Made by a program: the position numbers and the translations under genes. A stretch of 64,000 nt of DNA. It comes from Candidatus Hydrogenedentota bacterium. Its GTDB lineage: Bacteria; Hydrogenedentota; Hydrogenedentia; Hydrogenedentales; SLHB01. Below, piece after piece: positions 8,593 through 18,906 of the stretch. The stretch is taken from assembly GCA_963745075.1 (NCBI GenBank), contig CAVUWV010000017.1, forward strand, positions 96,001-160,000, read 5' to 3'. The notes under the pieces were generated by a model that searched no databases, had not been told where the DNA came from, and saw only the letters and a list, made by a program, of their open reading frames with translations. Numbering within the stretch: position 1 is the first letter of the stretch; every line of letters starts with the position of its first letter.

Positions 8593-9747
8593 GTCGCCGG
8601 TAAGCATCGGCAAGGGATCTATGGGAACGTCGTTTTTTCGCACCTCGTAATGGAGGTGCGGTCCCGTCGAACGCCCGGTCGATCCCACGTTCGCAATTGG
8701 CGTGTCCGCCGTGACCGTTTGGCCCGCTTTCACCAGAATCTTTGAGGCGTGACCGTAGACGGTTTCCAGCCCGTTGGCATGTTTGACCACCACGACCTTA
8801 CCGTATCCGGGTTTCCACCCGCTGAACGCCACCTTCCCCGGCATGGATGGATACACGTTCGTGCCCGATTTTGCGGCAATGTCGATACCCTCGTGAAACT
8901 CCGGCCTTCCCGAAAAAGGATCATTGCGCATGCCGTACTTCGAGGTCAGCCGGGCAGGGCCACCCAGAACCTGCGCCCATGGGCTCTCGGAGACTCCCTC
9001 AAACTCGTCCATGGACCCCGGTTCGAGGATGGACTGAATCAGCCCGGTAATGTCCGTCGACACGGGGGACGCGGCCGAAGCAACGTCACCGCGTCCGCCA
9101 ACCGATCCGGTTGAACGAACCGGGTGGGGAGTCAGCGGCGGAACCCGCGTGGACGAAACGCGAGGCAATCCGATGGCGCTATGGTTCTTGCCATTGCCCG
9201 ACGGTGCCGGCATGGAGAACCGCGGCTTGCGCTCGGGCATCGCGAATTGCTGCGTCTTTTGAGGCATGGCGGGCATGGTCCGCGGCGCCGTGACCATGGC
9301 CGCGTTGATCGTGCGAGACGGTGGGCCTGCGGTCACGGCCGGGGGAACGATCGCTTCGACCTTTGCGTGGATTTTGACTGCATTCGCGAGCGCTTTGGCG
9401 CCTTCTCCGAATGCGTTTAGCGCGGACAGGTCCAGCTTTTGTCCCACCGACAGAAAGTCAGGGTCCCGCAATCCATTTGATTTCGCGACCGTCATGACGG
9501 CGCGATGAACGGCCGCTTGGGTCGGATTCTTCCCCTGGCCGGTCAGAGAACGCTTGCAGATCTGCCAGAGATTTTGGCCCCGTTCCACGATATGAATCTG
9601 CCGTGCTGCTGCGCCGCTCGATCCGGGTTGTCCAATGCCAATCCGGTCGAGAAACTTGGGAAACCCTCCGCCGTTCGGACTGAGCGGAGGAATGTGGCTC
9701 CCAAGTGCTTCCGGAAGTTGATCGGTCGATATCGGCATAATCCGCAT
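8566..9747 (-). CDS. LysM + M23 family metallopeptidase
   Basis: HIVERGQNLWQI...NGLRDPDFLSVGQKL (LysM); HEGIDIA, YGH, GRSTGPHLHYEVR (M23). 27-bp convergent overlap with the sulfatase. Confidence 0.88.
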   Translation of the reverse strand: MRIMPISTDQLPEALGSHIPPLSPNGGGFPKFLDRIGIGQPGSSGAAARQIHIVERGQNLWQICKRSLTGQGKNPTQAAVHRAVMTVAKSNGLRDPDFLSVGQKLDLSALNAFGEGAKALANAVKIHAKVEAIVPPAVTAGPPSRTINAAMVTAPRTMPAMPQKTQQFAMPERKPRFSMPAPSGNGKNHSAIGLPRVSSTRVPPLTPHPVRSTGSVGGRGDVASAASPVSTDITGLIQSILEPGSMDEFEGVSESPWAQVLGGPARLTSKYGMRNDPFSGRPEFHEGIDIAAKSGTNVYPSMPGKVAFSGWKPGYGKVVVVKHANGLETVYGHASKILVKAGQTVTADTPIANVGSTGRSTGPHLHYEVRKNDVPIDPLPMLTGDSLHVAQTL

Positions 9748-9789
9748 TCAATCACTACCCCAATGGACGGTTCCCCGTGATTCGAGTGG

Positions 9790-9806
9790 AGCAAGGGGTA
9801 TGCCGA
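9790..9806 (-). promoter_or_regulatory. sigma54 (-24/-12)-type promoter for the M23 gene
   Basis: Minus strand TCGGCATACCCCTTGCT = GG-N10-GC, about 43 nt upstream of the ATG. Confidence 0.5.
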
Positions 9807-9929
9807 TTACCTGGAATTGCGTAAGATACTTATATGTAATGTCTTGTGGCAGGTGTGTGCACGAAAAACCGGGCGCGGGCTATGGGCAGAAAGTTCCCGG
9901 GGTAGGAGATTTCTGCATAGTTTCCACCG

Positions 9930-10571
9930 TTATCGCTCCACGACCGCAAACAATCGGCACCCGCTCGAATCGATCCCCTTAATCTTCAACGGGACTGCAA
10001 AGAGGTAGAACAAATCCTTGTCCAAGTCGGCGGCACTATCCGGGAACTCGACTAACAGTGTGTCTCGACTCAGGAGGAGGTCGTGAAACGTCTTACCCGC
10101 TTCTGCCCCCTCCCCGAAGTTGATCGTGCTGTCGAACGCGAACAACTTGAGAGTCAGCTCGGCGAAATAGGGGACGCAGTCCAGGTCGAACATCAGGGGG
10201 CGCCGGGGGGTGTCGTTGCGAACGAACAGCATCTCAAACGATCCCCGCCGTGGCTCAAGTTGCTCCTTGACAAAATCGAGTGTTACGGTGGGCGAATCCT
10301 CCGCGATGTCCGTCTTGAGCAGCGTGGCCTGTCCCATGAAATGCTCGAGCGGATAGTCGGTGCAGGAGTTGCCCTTGAAGTAGAAATGGTACGGCGATTC
10401 GATGTGGGTGCCCACGTGCGTGTGCGTGTTTACAATGTCGTATTTTAGCGTGCCGTCGCCGAGACGGCCTTCCTTCACTTCGAAAGGCCGGCCTTCGACT
10501 TTCTGATTCGGCACGACCTCCAATGACAAGTCCACGAGTTTGTACTTCTTGAAATCGATGTCGAAAACCAT
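9930..10571 (-). CDS. Cyclase family (kynurenine formamidase-like) metal-dependent hydrolase
   Basis: LVDLS, THVGTHIESPYHF (HxGTHx[DE]xPxH), HDLLL...VE, PLKIKGIDSSGCR. Confidence 0.8.
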   Translation of the reverse strand: MVFDIDFKKYKLVDLSLEVVPNQKVEGRPFEVKEGRLGDGTLKYDIVNTHTHVGTHIESPYHFYFKGNSCTDYPLEHFMGQATLLKTDIAEDSPTVTLDFVKEQLEPRRGSFEMLFVRNDTPRRPLMFDLDCVPYFAELTLKLFAFDSTINFGEGAEAGKTFHDLLLSRDTLLVEFPDSAADLDKDLFYLFAVPLKIKGIDSSGCRLFAVVER

Positions 10572-10712
10572 ACCTGCTCCATTCCCAGTGTTCGTTTACC
10601 ATCGTTCAGCGAGCAAACAGCGTGAGTGTACCACAGTCCGCCCAAGAGACGCTCGATTGAAAGATTCGCGTTGTCCCGGTAAGCTCTTCTATAAACGACA
10701 GGAGGTCGCTGC

Positions 10713-11054
10713 ATGGGTGCTTTCAAGACAGGAAACGTGGCGCTGGTGTTGGCCTTTGCCGCCTTGGGCCTGGCCATTCTGCCCCGCTACGTCATTCAAG
10801 CCCAAGACGAGCAGAAGACGTTGAGTGAACATTTCGAAGACGCCGCCGACAAGATTTCCGCGGAATTGAAGGGCGAACCGCAAGCCGATCCCATTACCTA
10901 CTACGATCTGGCAGCCGTGGTCTGCGGATTCCTTGGGATCGTTTTGGGCGTGCTCGCCTGGCTCCAGCAGTCCAACGCCAAGGTCAGCATCGCCGCGGTG
11001 GCGATTTCGGCCGTGGCCATACTCTGGCGATTCTTCATAGCCAAGGGAGGATAG
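10713..11054 (+). CDS. Small hypothetical membrane protein
   Basis: AGGAGG SD; three hydrophobic segments. Confidence 0.65.
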   Translation: MGAFKTGNVALVLAFAALGLAILPRYVIQAQDEQKTLSEHFEDAADKISAELKGEPQADPITYYDLAAVVCGFLGIVLGVLAWLQQSNAKVSIAAVAISAVAILWRFFIAKGG

Positions 11055-11298
11055 CCCTACAGCGCTGAATCTCCGTTGTAGACGGACGCCATGAAGAAGA
11101 GTTTGCACGCGAACCTAATGGACGCGTTGGTCTGAAGGGACGGTATGAACGTGCGCACGTGCCGCCCAAGTTGTAAAACATGTCCATACTGCCCATGCGC
11201 CGCTCGCGGAATGGACCAGACGCCCGTGTTTATGGGAAAATAACGGGTGTTTTGTCCGGTGGCCGCAATCCAGCCATAACCTTTCGTGGAGTGTCCTC

Positions 11299-12030
11299 GT
11301 GACGACCTGCCCCGCAGCAGATGAATCGCCCGCGCCGTCCCGCCAGGACGTGTGGCGTATGTTCGACCGGATCGCCCACCGCTACGATCTCCTTAATCGG
11401 CTGCTGTCGTTCCGGCAGGATGTTGCGTGGCGCAAACGGCTGGCGCGCCTGTTGCCGGATCGCTCCAACTTGCGCGTGCTCGACCTCGCCACCGGAACGG
11501 GCGATGTCCTGCTTTCGCTTTATGGCACGAGTGGAAAGGTTCGATCGGGCGTCGGGGTGGACATGGCCGGGAAGATGATCGCAATCGGGAATCGGAAGAT
11601 CCGGGATCGGCGCCTCGACCAATCCTTGCGGATGGTTCGTGGGGACGCGATGTGTATCGCGTTCAACGACGCTTCTTTCGATGCCGTGACCATCGCCTTT
11701 GGCATTCGCAACGTGTTGGATGTTTCGGAGGCGCTTCGCGAAATGCGGCGCATCCTTGCGCCCGGCGGGCGCGCCTTGGTGCTGGAGTTTTCCCTTCCGC
11801 GAAACGCGGTGTTCCGCGTCGGATATCTCTTCTACTTTCGCCACGTCCTGCCGCGAATCGGCGGGCTCGTGTCCGGCGACAGCTACGCGTATCGCTACTT
11901 GAACAAGACGGTCGAGAGTTTTCCCTATGGTGAAGTATTTTGTGCACTCATGCGGGAGGCGGGATTCGACGCCGTAAAGGCCCACCCGCTGACCTTTGGA
12001 ATTGCTACAATCTACCAGGGGAGTGCATAG
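11299..12030 (+). CDS. menG: Demethylmenaquinone methyltransferase
   Basis: MFDRIAHRYDLLNRLLSF, VLDLATGTGD, AFGIRNV, LEFS, AYRYLNKTV; first gene of the men operon. Confidence 0.93.
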   Translation: MTTCPAADESPAPSRQDVWRMFDRIAHRYDLLNRLLSFRQDVAWRKRLARLLPDRSNLRVLDLATGTGDVLLSLYGTSGKVRSGVGVDMAGKMIAIGNRKIRDRRLDQSLRMVRGDAMCIAFNDASFDAVTIAFGIRNVLDVSEALREMRRILAPGGRALVLEFSLPRNAVFRVGYLFYFRHVLPRIGGLVSGDSYAYRYLNKTVESFPYGEVFCALMREAGFDAVKAHPLTFGIATIYQGSA

Positions 12031-12037
12031 CAGTACC

Positions 12038-13435
12038 ATGACCGCTCCGATTCTGTATCCCGAAACCGTAGAACCCGGCCAGGCCAAGGAAACCCTGGCC
12101 ATGCTCATCGAACAGGCCTTTGAATCGGCGTCCGCCAAGGCGGACCAACACCGGCGGGCCTTACGCGTGGAAGTGCCGGTCGAAGGCGTTGAACCGCTGG
12201 CATGGCTTGAGGCGCAGGGGATGCGCTCGCGCGGGTACTGGTGTTCGCGCGACCGGGATTTTGAACTGGCCGGCGTGGGGACCGCCGACATCATTTCGGC
12301 CGAAGTGGAATGCGATTACGACGAGTTGTTCGACCGACTGAAGGCGGGGATTTCGACGGTCCATCCCAATCTCCGGTACTACGGCGGCATGCGCTTCCGC
12401 CAATGCGCGCCTGCGGCCCCCAAGTGGCGGCCTTTCGGTGCATATCGATTCGTGTTGCCCCGCTTTGAAGTCTTCACGCGCGGGGCGCAGGTGTATCTCG
12501 CGTGCAACGCCATCCTTGACAAGGAGACGGGGGACTTGCCGGAACAGATCCTGGCGGCCTTGAGGGCCATGCCCTTTCCCGGTCGCGAAGACATCGGAGC
12601 GATCCCTCCCATCGAGTCACGTACGGACACACCGGACTACGCGCAGTGGACGCAGTCCGTGCAGCGCCTGCTCGAGGAGTTCGATAGCGGTGCGTTGGAC
12701 AAGGTGGTCCTGGCCCGCGAAACCGAATTTGCCTTTGACGTGACGCCCGATCCGATCGCGATTCTGCGGCGTTTGTCGAAGACCGGCCAACGGCACTATC
12801 GATTCCTTTTTCAGCCCAGGCCCGATGCCGCTTTTGTCGGCGTGTCACCGGAGCGCTTGTACAAGCGGCAGGATCAGTTCGTGCGAAGCGAGGCCGTTGC
12901 CGGAACCCGTCCGCGTGGTGAAACCCTCGGGAAGGACGAGGCGCTTGCCCGCGAATTGCTTGCCTGCGAGAAGGAAAGGCGAGAGCACCAGTTTGTGATG
13001 GATGCCATTCGTGCGGACTTCGAGCGCCAGTGCACGGCCGTTCACGCGGACACCGAGGTAACGGTCGTGAAAGTCGCCGAATGCCAGCACCTGTACGCGC
13101 GGATCGAAGGTATTCTCCGCGATACCGAAACCGACGCCGATTTGCTCCGTTCATTGCATCCAACGCCGGCGGTGGGCGGGAGCCCTCGCGAAGCCGCGCT
13201 GCCGTGGATCGACCAAGCCGAACCCTTCGACCGCGGCTGGTACGCGGGCCCTGTGGGTTGGGTCGGCGCCGACTGCGCCGAGTTCGCGGTCGGCATACGG
13301 TCGGCGTTAGTCCAAGAGAAGGCCTTGTCGGTCTACGCTGGGGCCGGTATTGTGGCCGGTTCCGACGCCGAGGCGGAATGGGCGGAACTGGAAAACAAGA
13401 TCGGCGGATTCGTGGGAGTACTCTCCGCACAATGA
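12038..13435 (+). CDS. menF: Isochorismate synthase
   Basis: KVVLAR, SPERL, EAVAGT, KERREH, LHPTPAVGG, DRGWYAGPVG, AGAGIV. Confidence 0.92.
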   Translation: MTAPILYPETVEPGQAKETLAMLIEQAFESASAKADQHRRALRVEVPVEGVEPLAWLEAQGMRSRGYWCSRDRDFELAGVGTADIISAEVECDYDELFDRLKAGISTVHPNLRYYGGMRFRQCAPAAPKWRPFGAYRFVLPRFEVFTRGAQVYLACNAILDKETGDLPEQILAALRAMPFPGREDIGAIPPIESRTDTPDYAQWTQSVQRLLEEFDSGALDKVVLARETEFAFDVTPDPIAILRRLSKTGQRHYRFLFQPRPDAAFVGVSPERLYKRQDQFVRSEAVAGTRPRGETLGKDEALARELLACEKERREHQFVMDAIRADFERQCTAVHADTEVTVVKVAECQHLYARIEGILRDTETDADLLRSLHPTPAVGGSPREAALPWIDQAEPFDRGWYAGPVGWVGADCAEFAVGIRSALVQEKALSVYAGAGIVAGSDAEAEWAELENKIGGFVGVLSAQ

Positions 13436-15198
13436 CCGTTTCGGCCAAGAATATGAACCAGCTCTGGGCGAAGCTGATCGTCGAAGAACTGATTCGATGC
13501 GGCGTGAACCGTTTCGTGTTGTCACCGGGGTCACGTTGTACGCCGCTGACCCTGGCCGTGGCGGAGCATCCCCGGGCCTACTCCACGGTCCACTATGACG
13601 AGCGCGGCGCGGCCTTCTTCGCCCTCGGCCAAGCCCGCGCGCTGCAACGCCCTGTCGCGCTTGTTTGTACGTCGGGCACCGCCGCCGCGAACTACTTCCC
13701 CGCCGTGATCGAGGCCTCGCAATCCCGCGTGCCGCTCATGGTTTTGACGGCGGACCGTCCCCCGGAGTTATTGGACACCGGCGCCAACCAGACCATCGAG
13801 CAGAACCACCTTTACGGCCGGTACGCCCGGTGGTATCACGCGTTTGCGTGTCCCAACGCTGCCATCGCCCCGGAGGTTGTGCTGACGGCCGTGGATCATG
13901 CCGTGCACCGCGCGCTCGGCGCGCATGCCGGTCCCGTCCATTTGAACTGTCCCTACCGGGAGCCGCTCGCGCCGGTTGCCACGGGTGAAGACTTTGGTGT
14001 GTATCTCGCCTCCGTCTCCAAGTGGCAATCCGAAGGCCGGCCGTACACGACCTACGCCAGAACCGAGCAGACCGTCAAAGTTGAAGACGAGCGGTTCTTA
14101 ACGGAATTGCTGCAATCGGCGAAACGCGGTCTGATCGTTGCCGGGCAAATCGAGGACCACGCCGTGGCGGAAGCGACGCTGCGCTTAGGCCAAACCCTCG
14201 GGTGGCCCATCGCGGCCGACGTGGCGTCGGGGCTGCGATTGGGGTCTCGCGGCGCCTCCGTCTTGCATTATTGCGACCAAATGCTTTGCTCGGATGTCTT
14301 TCGCGGGCACTTCGCGCCGGATGTGGTCCTGCACTTCGGCGGGCCGGTTACCTCCAAACGGCTGATGCAGCATCTGGAAACATCCGCTCCCGAGCATTAC
14401 ATCCGCGTCGCGCGCCATCCCCTTCGGCATGATCCCATTCACCGCGTGACATTGCATATCCAGACCGAGCCGGCGGCCTTTTGTATTGGCTTGGCGTCGG
14501 CCTGTCGAGGCACCGGCGATTCAGGCTGGCGCGACGCTCTCATGGAGATGAACGATACGGCTGGAATGGCACTGAAAGCGGAACTGGCGAAACGCAATGA
14601 ACTGACAGAACCCGAAATCGCTCGCTTCGTCGCAGAGCATGCCGAGGATAGCTTGTTCCTGGGCAATAGCATGCCCATTCGCGATATGGACATGTTCGCT
14701 GCCGCGCCGGCGAAGAAGCTCAGGGTTTACGCCAATCGCGGCGCCAGCGGGATCGACGGTAACATCGCTACAGCAGCGGGCATCGCGCATGGGACAGGAA
14801 ATCCGGTGACCGCCATAATCGGCGACTTGGCCGCGCTGCACGATCTGAATTCGCTCGCACTTCTTCGTAATGACAAGACGAAGGCCATCCTCATTGTCAT
14901 CAACAATAACGGCGGCGGCATCTTCCATTTTCTCCCCATCGCCGGCCAGACCGATCGCTTCGAGACCTACTTCGGCACGCCGCATGGACTCGGTTTTGCT
15001 CACGCGGCGGAACAATTTGGGCTGAAATACGCGCGGCCCAGGGATTGCGATTCGCTTGCGTTCGCGTATGAGGCCGCGCAACAGCTCGATGAATCATCGA
15101 TCATCGAAGTTTCAACCGACCGGGAATCCAACCTGCGTCTCCACCGCGAATTGCGGGAGGCGGTGGTTTCCGCGATCGCTCGAACACACGGGACGTAA
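13432..15198 (+). CDS. menD: SEPHCHC synthase (ThDP-dependent)
   Basis: SPGSRCTPL, DERGAAFFALG, CTSGTAAAN, TADRPPEL, NRGASGIDG, GDLAALHDLNSL, NNNGGGIF; ATGA overlap with menF. Confidence 0.95.
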   Translation: MTVSAKNMNQLWAKLIVEELIRCGVNRFVLSPGSRCTPLTLAVAEHPRAYSTVHYDERGAAFFALGQARALQRPVALVCTSGTAAANYFPAVIEASQSRVPLMVLTADRPPELLDTGANQTIEQNHLYGRYARWYHAFACPNAAIAPEVVLTAVDHAVHRALGAHAGPVHLNCPYREPLAPVATGEDFGVYLASVSKWQSEGRPYTTYARTEQTVKVEDERFLTELLQSAKRGLIVAGQIEDHAVAEATLRLGQTLGWPIAADVASGLRLGSRGASVLHYCDQMLCSDVFRGHFAPDVVLHFGGPVTSKRLMQHLETSAPEHYIRVARHPLRHDPIHRVTLHIQTEPAAFCIGLASACRGTGDSGWRDALMEMNDTAGMALKAELAKRNELTEPEIARFVAEHAEDSLFLGNSMPIRDMDMFAAAPAKKLRVYANRGASGIDGNIATAAGIAHGTGNPVTAIIGDLAALHDLNSLALLRNDKTKAILIVINNNGGGIFHFLPIAGQTDRFETYFGTPHGLGFAHAAEQFGLKYARPRDCDSLAFAYEAAQQLDESSIIEVSTDRESNLRLHRELREAVVSAIARTHGT

Positions 15199-16001
15199 TG
15201 GCGCTCATGCGGTTCAGTCATCAATTGACCGGCAATCCCGACGGCCCATTGGTCCTGTTTTTCCACGGTTTCCTTGGCGATCGATCCGAGTGGGATTCGA
15301 TTCTCCCCGCGTTCGAGCGGCGCTACTGTTGCGTCGCGGTCGATTTGCCGGGCCACGGCGACAGCCGGATTCCGAAATCTGAAACTTGCGAATTCGTGGA
15401 GACCGCGACGGCCATCATCGACCTTGTGGATGAACTGGACACGGCGACGTTCTCGGTCGTCGGATACTCCATGGGCGGACGCATCGCACTCTATCTCTCG
15501 ACCATTTACGCGATGCGAATCGACGCGCTGGTGCTGGAGTCCGCGTCGCCGGGGCTCCGCTCTCCGGAAGATCGCGCATCCCGACGCGAACGCGACGAGG
15601 CGCTCGCCCGGCGGCTGGAATCCGGGGATCTTCACGCGTTTCTATCGGACTGGTACGCGCAGCCCCTGTTTACGTCGCTTCGTCGCGATCCGGAAGCCTT
15701 GGAAGCGCTCATCCACCACCGCGCCCGGCAGGATGGTCCGCAACTCGCAATGGCCCTGCGCGCCCTGGGTACCGGCTCGCAGCCGTCACTGTGGACCGAG
15801 TGGGAGAATAACCACATCCCCACGCTGTTGCTTACGGGAGCACTGGACGAAAATTACGCCTGGCTCGCGCGGGACATGGCCGAACGGTGCGACGCTGCTA
15901 AAGTGGATATCATCCCCGATTGCGGACACAACGTGCACTTCGAAAACCCGAGCGTCTATACTGATCGGGTTCTGACTTTTCTCAAACAGTCGCAGGAGTG
16001 A
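15198..16001 (+). CDS. menH: SHCHC synthase (alpha/beta hydrolase)
   Basis: HGFLG, DLPGHG, GYSMGGR, LESASPG, WYAQPLF, GHNVH; TAATG overlap with menD. Confidence 0.92.
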   Translation: MALMRFSHQLTGNPDGPLVLFFHGFLGDRSEWDSILPAFERRYCCVAVDLPGHGDSRIPKSETCEFVETATAIIDLVDELDTATFSVVGYSMGGRIALYLSTIYAMRIDALVLESASPGLRSPEDRASRRERDEALARRLESGDLHAFLSDWYAQPLFTSLRRDPEALEALIHHRARQDGPQLAMALRALGTGSQPSLWTEWENNHIPTLLLTGALDENYAWLARDMAERCDAAKVDIIPDCGHNVHFENPSVYTDRVLTFLKQSQE

Positions 16002-16006
16002 ATTTC

Positions 16007-16831
16007 ATGGCATCCATTGCATGGGTCGAATCCGGCCAATACACGGACATCACGTATCACAAAGCCGAAGGCATCGCGAAGATCACGATCAACCGGCCCC
16101 AGGTGCGAAACGCTTTCCGGCCACTGACCGTCGACGAAATGCAGGACGCGCTTCGCGACGCGCGATTCGACAGCGACATCGGTGTCATCATCCTGACCGG
16201 CGAAGGGGAGAAAGCCTTCTGCTCCGGCGGCGACCAGAAAATTCGCGGCGACGCGGGATACAAGGACGACGCGAAGGAAACCATGCGGCTCAATGTCCTC
16301 GATTTCCAGCGTCAGATGCGGACCTGTCCCAAGCCCATCATCGCCATGGTGGCAGGTTACGCCATCGGCGGCGGCCACATCCTGCATCTGGTTTCCGACC
16401 TCACCATCGCTGCGGATAACGCCGTTTTCGGCCAGACCGGGCCCAAAGTGGGGTCCTTCGATGGCGGCTATGGCGCGAGCTACATGGCCCGCATCGTTGG
16501 CCAGAAGAAGGCCCGCGAAATCTGGTTCCTCTGTCGTCAGTACAGCGCACAGCAGGCCCTCGATATGGGGCTCGTAAACGCCGTTGTGCCCTACGAGAAA
16601 CTCGAGGAAGAAACGGTCCAATGGTGCCGCGAGATTCTCGCCAACTCGCCCATGGCAATCCGCTGTCTCAAGGCTGCTCTGAACGCCGATTGCGACGGGC
16701 AGGCGGGTTTGCAGGAACTCGCAGGCAATGCGACCATGCTCTTCTACATGACCGAAGAGGGCCAGGAGGGCCGCAACGCCTTCAACGAAAAGCGCAAACC
16801 CAACTTCTCCAAATTCAAACGGTTTCCGTGA
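16007..16831 (+). CDS. menB: 1,4-dihydroxy-2-naphthoyl-CoA synthase
   Basis: [53 protein letters not shown] before ATG 16007. Confidence 0.97.
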   Translation: MASIAWVESGQYTDITYHKAEGIAKITINRPQVRNAFRPLTVDEMQDALRDARFDSDIGVIILTGEGEKAFCSGGDQKIRGDAGYKDDAKETMRLNVLDFQRQMRTCPKPIIAMVAGYAIGGGHILHLVSDLTIAADNAVFGQTGPKVGSFDGGYGASYMARIVGQKKAREIWFLCRQYSAQQALDMGLVNAVVPYEKLEEETVQWCREILANSPMAIRCLKAALNADCDGQAGLQELAGNATMLFYMTEEGQEGRNAFNEKRKPNFSKFKRFP

Positions 16832-16864
16832 TTCTGCGCCACTAGCACGGAGCGTTGTCCGACA

Positions 16865-17752
16865 TTGTCAGATTCACGCATCAAGATTTGGCTGCTTGCA
16901 GCACGTCCCAAAACCCTGTGGGCCGCGGTGGGTCCCGTAATTATCGGTACCGCGATGGCCTACGGGCACGGCCACGTCGATTGGTTATCGCTGGTTTGTG
17001 CGTTGACCGGCGCGGTCCTCATCCAGATCGGGACGAATCTGTCCAACGACTATTTCGATTATCTCAAAGGCACCGATACGGTTGAGCGGATCGGTCCGGC
17101 TCGCGCCACCCAGTCCGGATTGGTCTCACCCGCCGGTATGCGGCGGGCCTTCATCATCACCTTTGCGCTGGTGCTGGTGCCCGGCGCATACATCATCTGG
17201 CGCGGCGGCTGGCCCTTCCTGATGGTCGGTCTTGTCTCCATCCTATGCGGCATTCTCTATACCGCTGGACCCTTCCCGCTGGGATATATCGGTCTCGGGG
17301 ACCTCTTCGTATTGATCTTCTTCGGTCCGGTCGCGGTGGGCGGCACGTATTATCTGCACACCTTGACCCTGGACACCGCTGCCGTCATCGCGGGGTTGGC
17401 GCCGGGCCTGATCAGCGTCGCCATTCTCGCCGTGAACAACATGCGCGACATCGACGAGGACCGGCAAGCGGGCAAACGAACGCTTGCGGTGCGATTTGGC
17501 CGGCGCTTCGCACGGATCGAGTATCTGATCTGTATCCTGCTCGCGGGGTTTGTCATTCCCCTATATTTCTACGCGGCTGCCGAGAGCCGGTTCTTCGTGC
17601 TGGTGCCGCTTATTGTGATCACCGCGGCGACCCCGGCCATCAAGACCGTTTTCGTGACAACCGATGGACCCGCGCTGAACGGCGTGCTGGCCAAGACCGG
17701 CAAGTTGCTTCTCGTGTTCAGTATCGTGTTCTCGTTGGGGTGGATCCTGTGA
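16865..17752 (+). CDS. menA: 1,4-dihydroxy-2-naphthoate polyprenyltransferase
   Basis: AARPKTL, QIGTNLSNDYFD..KGTD, YTAGPFPLGY, NNMRDIDEDRQAGKRTLAVR. Confidence 0.95.
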   Translation: MSDSRIKIWLLAARPKTLWAAVGPVIIGTAMAYGHGHVDWLSLVCALTGAVLIQIGTNLSNDYFDYLKGTDTVERIGPARATQSGLVSPAGMRRAFIITFALVLVPGAYIIWRGGWPFLMVGLVSILCGILYTAGPFPLGYIGLGDLFVLIFFGPVAVGGTYYLHTLTLDTAAVIAGLAPGLISVAILAVNNMRDIDEDRQAGKRTLAVRFGRRFARIEYLICILLAGFVIPLYFYAAAESRFFVLVPLIVITAATPAIKTVFVTTDGPALNGVLAKTGKLLLVFSIVFSLGWIL

Positions 17753-18906
17753 GCGGGGGCGGCGCGATATTCTATCGCTACTGCTTACCGCTCCGGCGGC
17801 CGCTGCAGTTGCGCGACGTGACACTCAAAGAACGGACCGGATTTCTCGTCTGTCTGCGTTCGCCTTCGGGACACGCGGGATGGGGCGAAGTCGCTCCGTT
17901 GCCCGGATTCAGTGCGGAGTCTTTCGAGGAGGCACTGCGCCAGGCGGGCGGCGTTGTGGCGACGGTCGTATATCGAAATCTGGATGACGACGAACCGCGA
18001 TTCACCGGGTTGCGGCGCCAGGATTCCTTTCATCCTTCGGTTCGATTTGGAATGGAATCGGCGTTGTTGTCGCTTCGCGCAGCCAACGCGGGTACGCATC
18101 CAGCCAAGCTTCTCAATGAGTCTCCGCCCGATCGAATCGCCGTGAACGCTTTGCTTACCGGCACGGGCAAGTCCGTCGTCGACGAGGCGATAAGGCTGGC
18201 CGAACGCGGTTATGCAGCGGTGAAGCTGAAGGTTGGCCATGGTCCCCTTCGAGACGAAGCCGCGACCGTTCGCGATTTGCGCGCGGAACTGCCCGGCGCC
18301 GTGGCGATCCGTCTTGACGCGAACCGCGCCTGGAACTTCGAGGACGCTTGTGAATTTAGCGCAGCGATCGATCCCGAGACCATAGCCTATATCGAAGAAC
18401 CGCTTGTCGATCCAGGGAACTTGCTGGAATTCCACGCGAAAACCGGCGCCCCATATGCCGTAGATGAAACCCTTCAAGACATCGGCTGGCGCGTTGCTTC
18501 CTCCGTGCGCGAACACGGAAAAGAGCAGCTCGACCTGTTACCGGCTTATCCGCAGGTACATCTGGTGGACGCGGCCCTCCATGCCACGGCGTGGATTGTA
18601 AAACCAACGCTTCTCGGCGCGCCATTGGAGTTCTACTCGTCGTCGGCGCCGTCGCATGGCTATGGCGGGCCAGTCGTGGTAAGCTCTTCCTTCGAGACGG
18701 GTATGGGGTTGGTTTCGCTCGCAAATCTCGCCGCCGCGGCGAATCATGGTAGTATTCCCGTGGGGCTTGATACGCAATCCTGGCTTGCGGACGATACGCT
18801 GGAGGAGGAGTTGATCGACGTGAACGGTACCTGCGACGTCATACGCGCCTGCCGGTTGGCGGCGTCGCCCAAGTTGAGCGTGCTGGAGGAGATCGCCCAT
18901 GTCTGA
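17749..18906 (+). CDS. menC: o-succinylbenzoate synthase
   Basis: GTG start overlapping the menA stop; GWGEVAPLPGFS, KLKVG, RLDANRAW, YIEEP, DE, KPTLLG, SSSFETGMG, GLDT. Confidence 0.88.
   Translation: MSGGGAIFYRYCLPLRRPLQLRDVTLKERTGFLVCLRSPSGHAGWGEVAPLPGFSAESFEEALRQAGGVVATVVYRNLDDDEPRFTGLRRQDSFHPSVRFGMESALLSLRAANAGTHPAKLLNESPPDRIAVNALLTGTGKSVVDEAIRLAERGYAAVKLKVGHGPLRDEAATVRDLRAELPGAVAIRLDANRAWNFEDACEFSAAIDPETIAYIEEPLVDPGNLLEFHAKTGAPYAVDETLQDIGWRVASSVREHGKEQLDLLPAYPQVHLVDAALHATAWIVKPTLLGAPLEFYSSSAPSHGYGGPVVVSSSFETGMGLVSLANLAAAANHGSIPVGLDTQSWLADDTLEEELIDVNGTCDVIRACRLAASPKLSVLEEIAHV

Noticed and set aside
13030..18906. Apparent N-terminal extensions or fusions on MenD (722 aa) and MenC (553 aa)
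   Set aside because: The extensions overlap menF and menA in another frame; true starts are at the ATGA/GTGA overlaps (13432, 17749).
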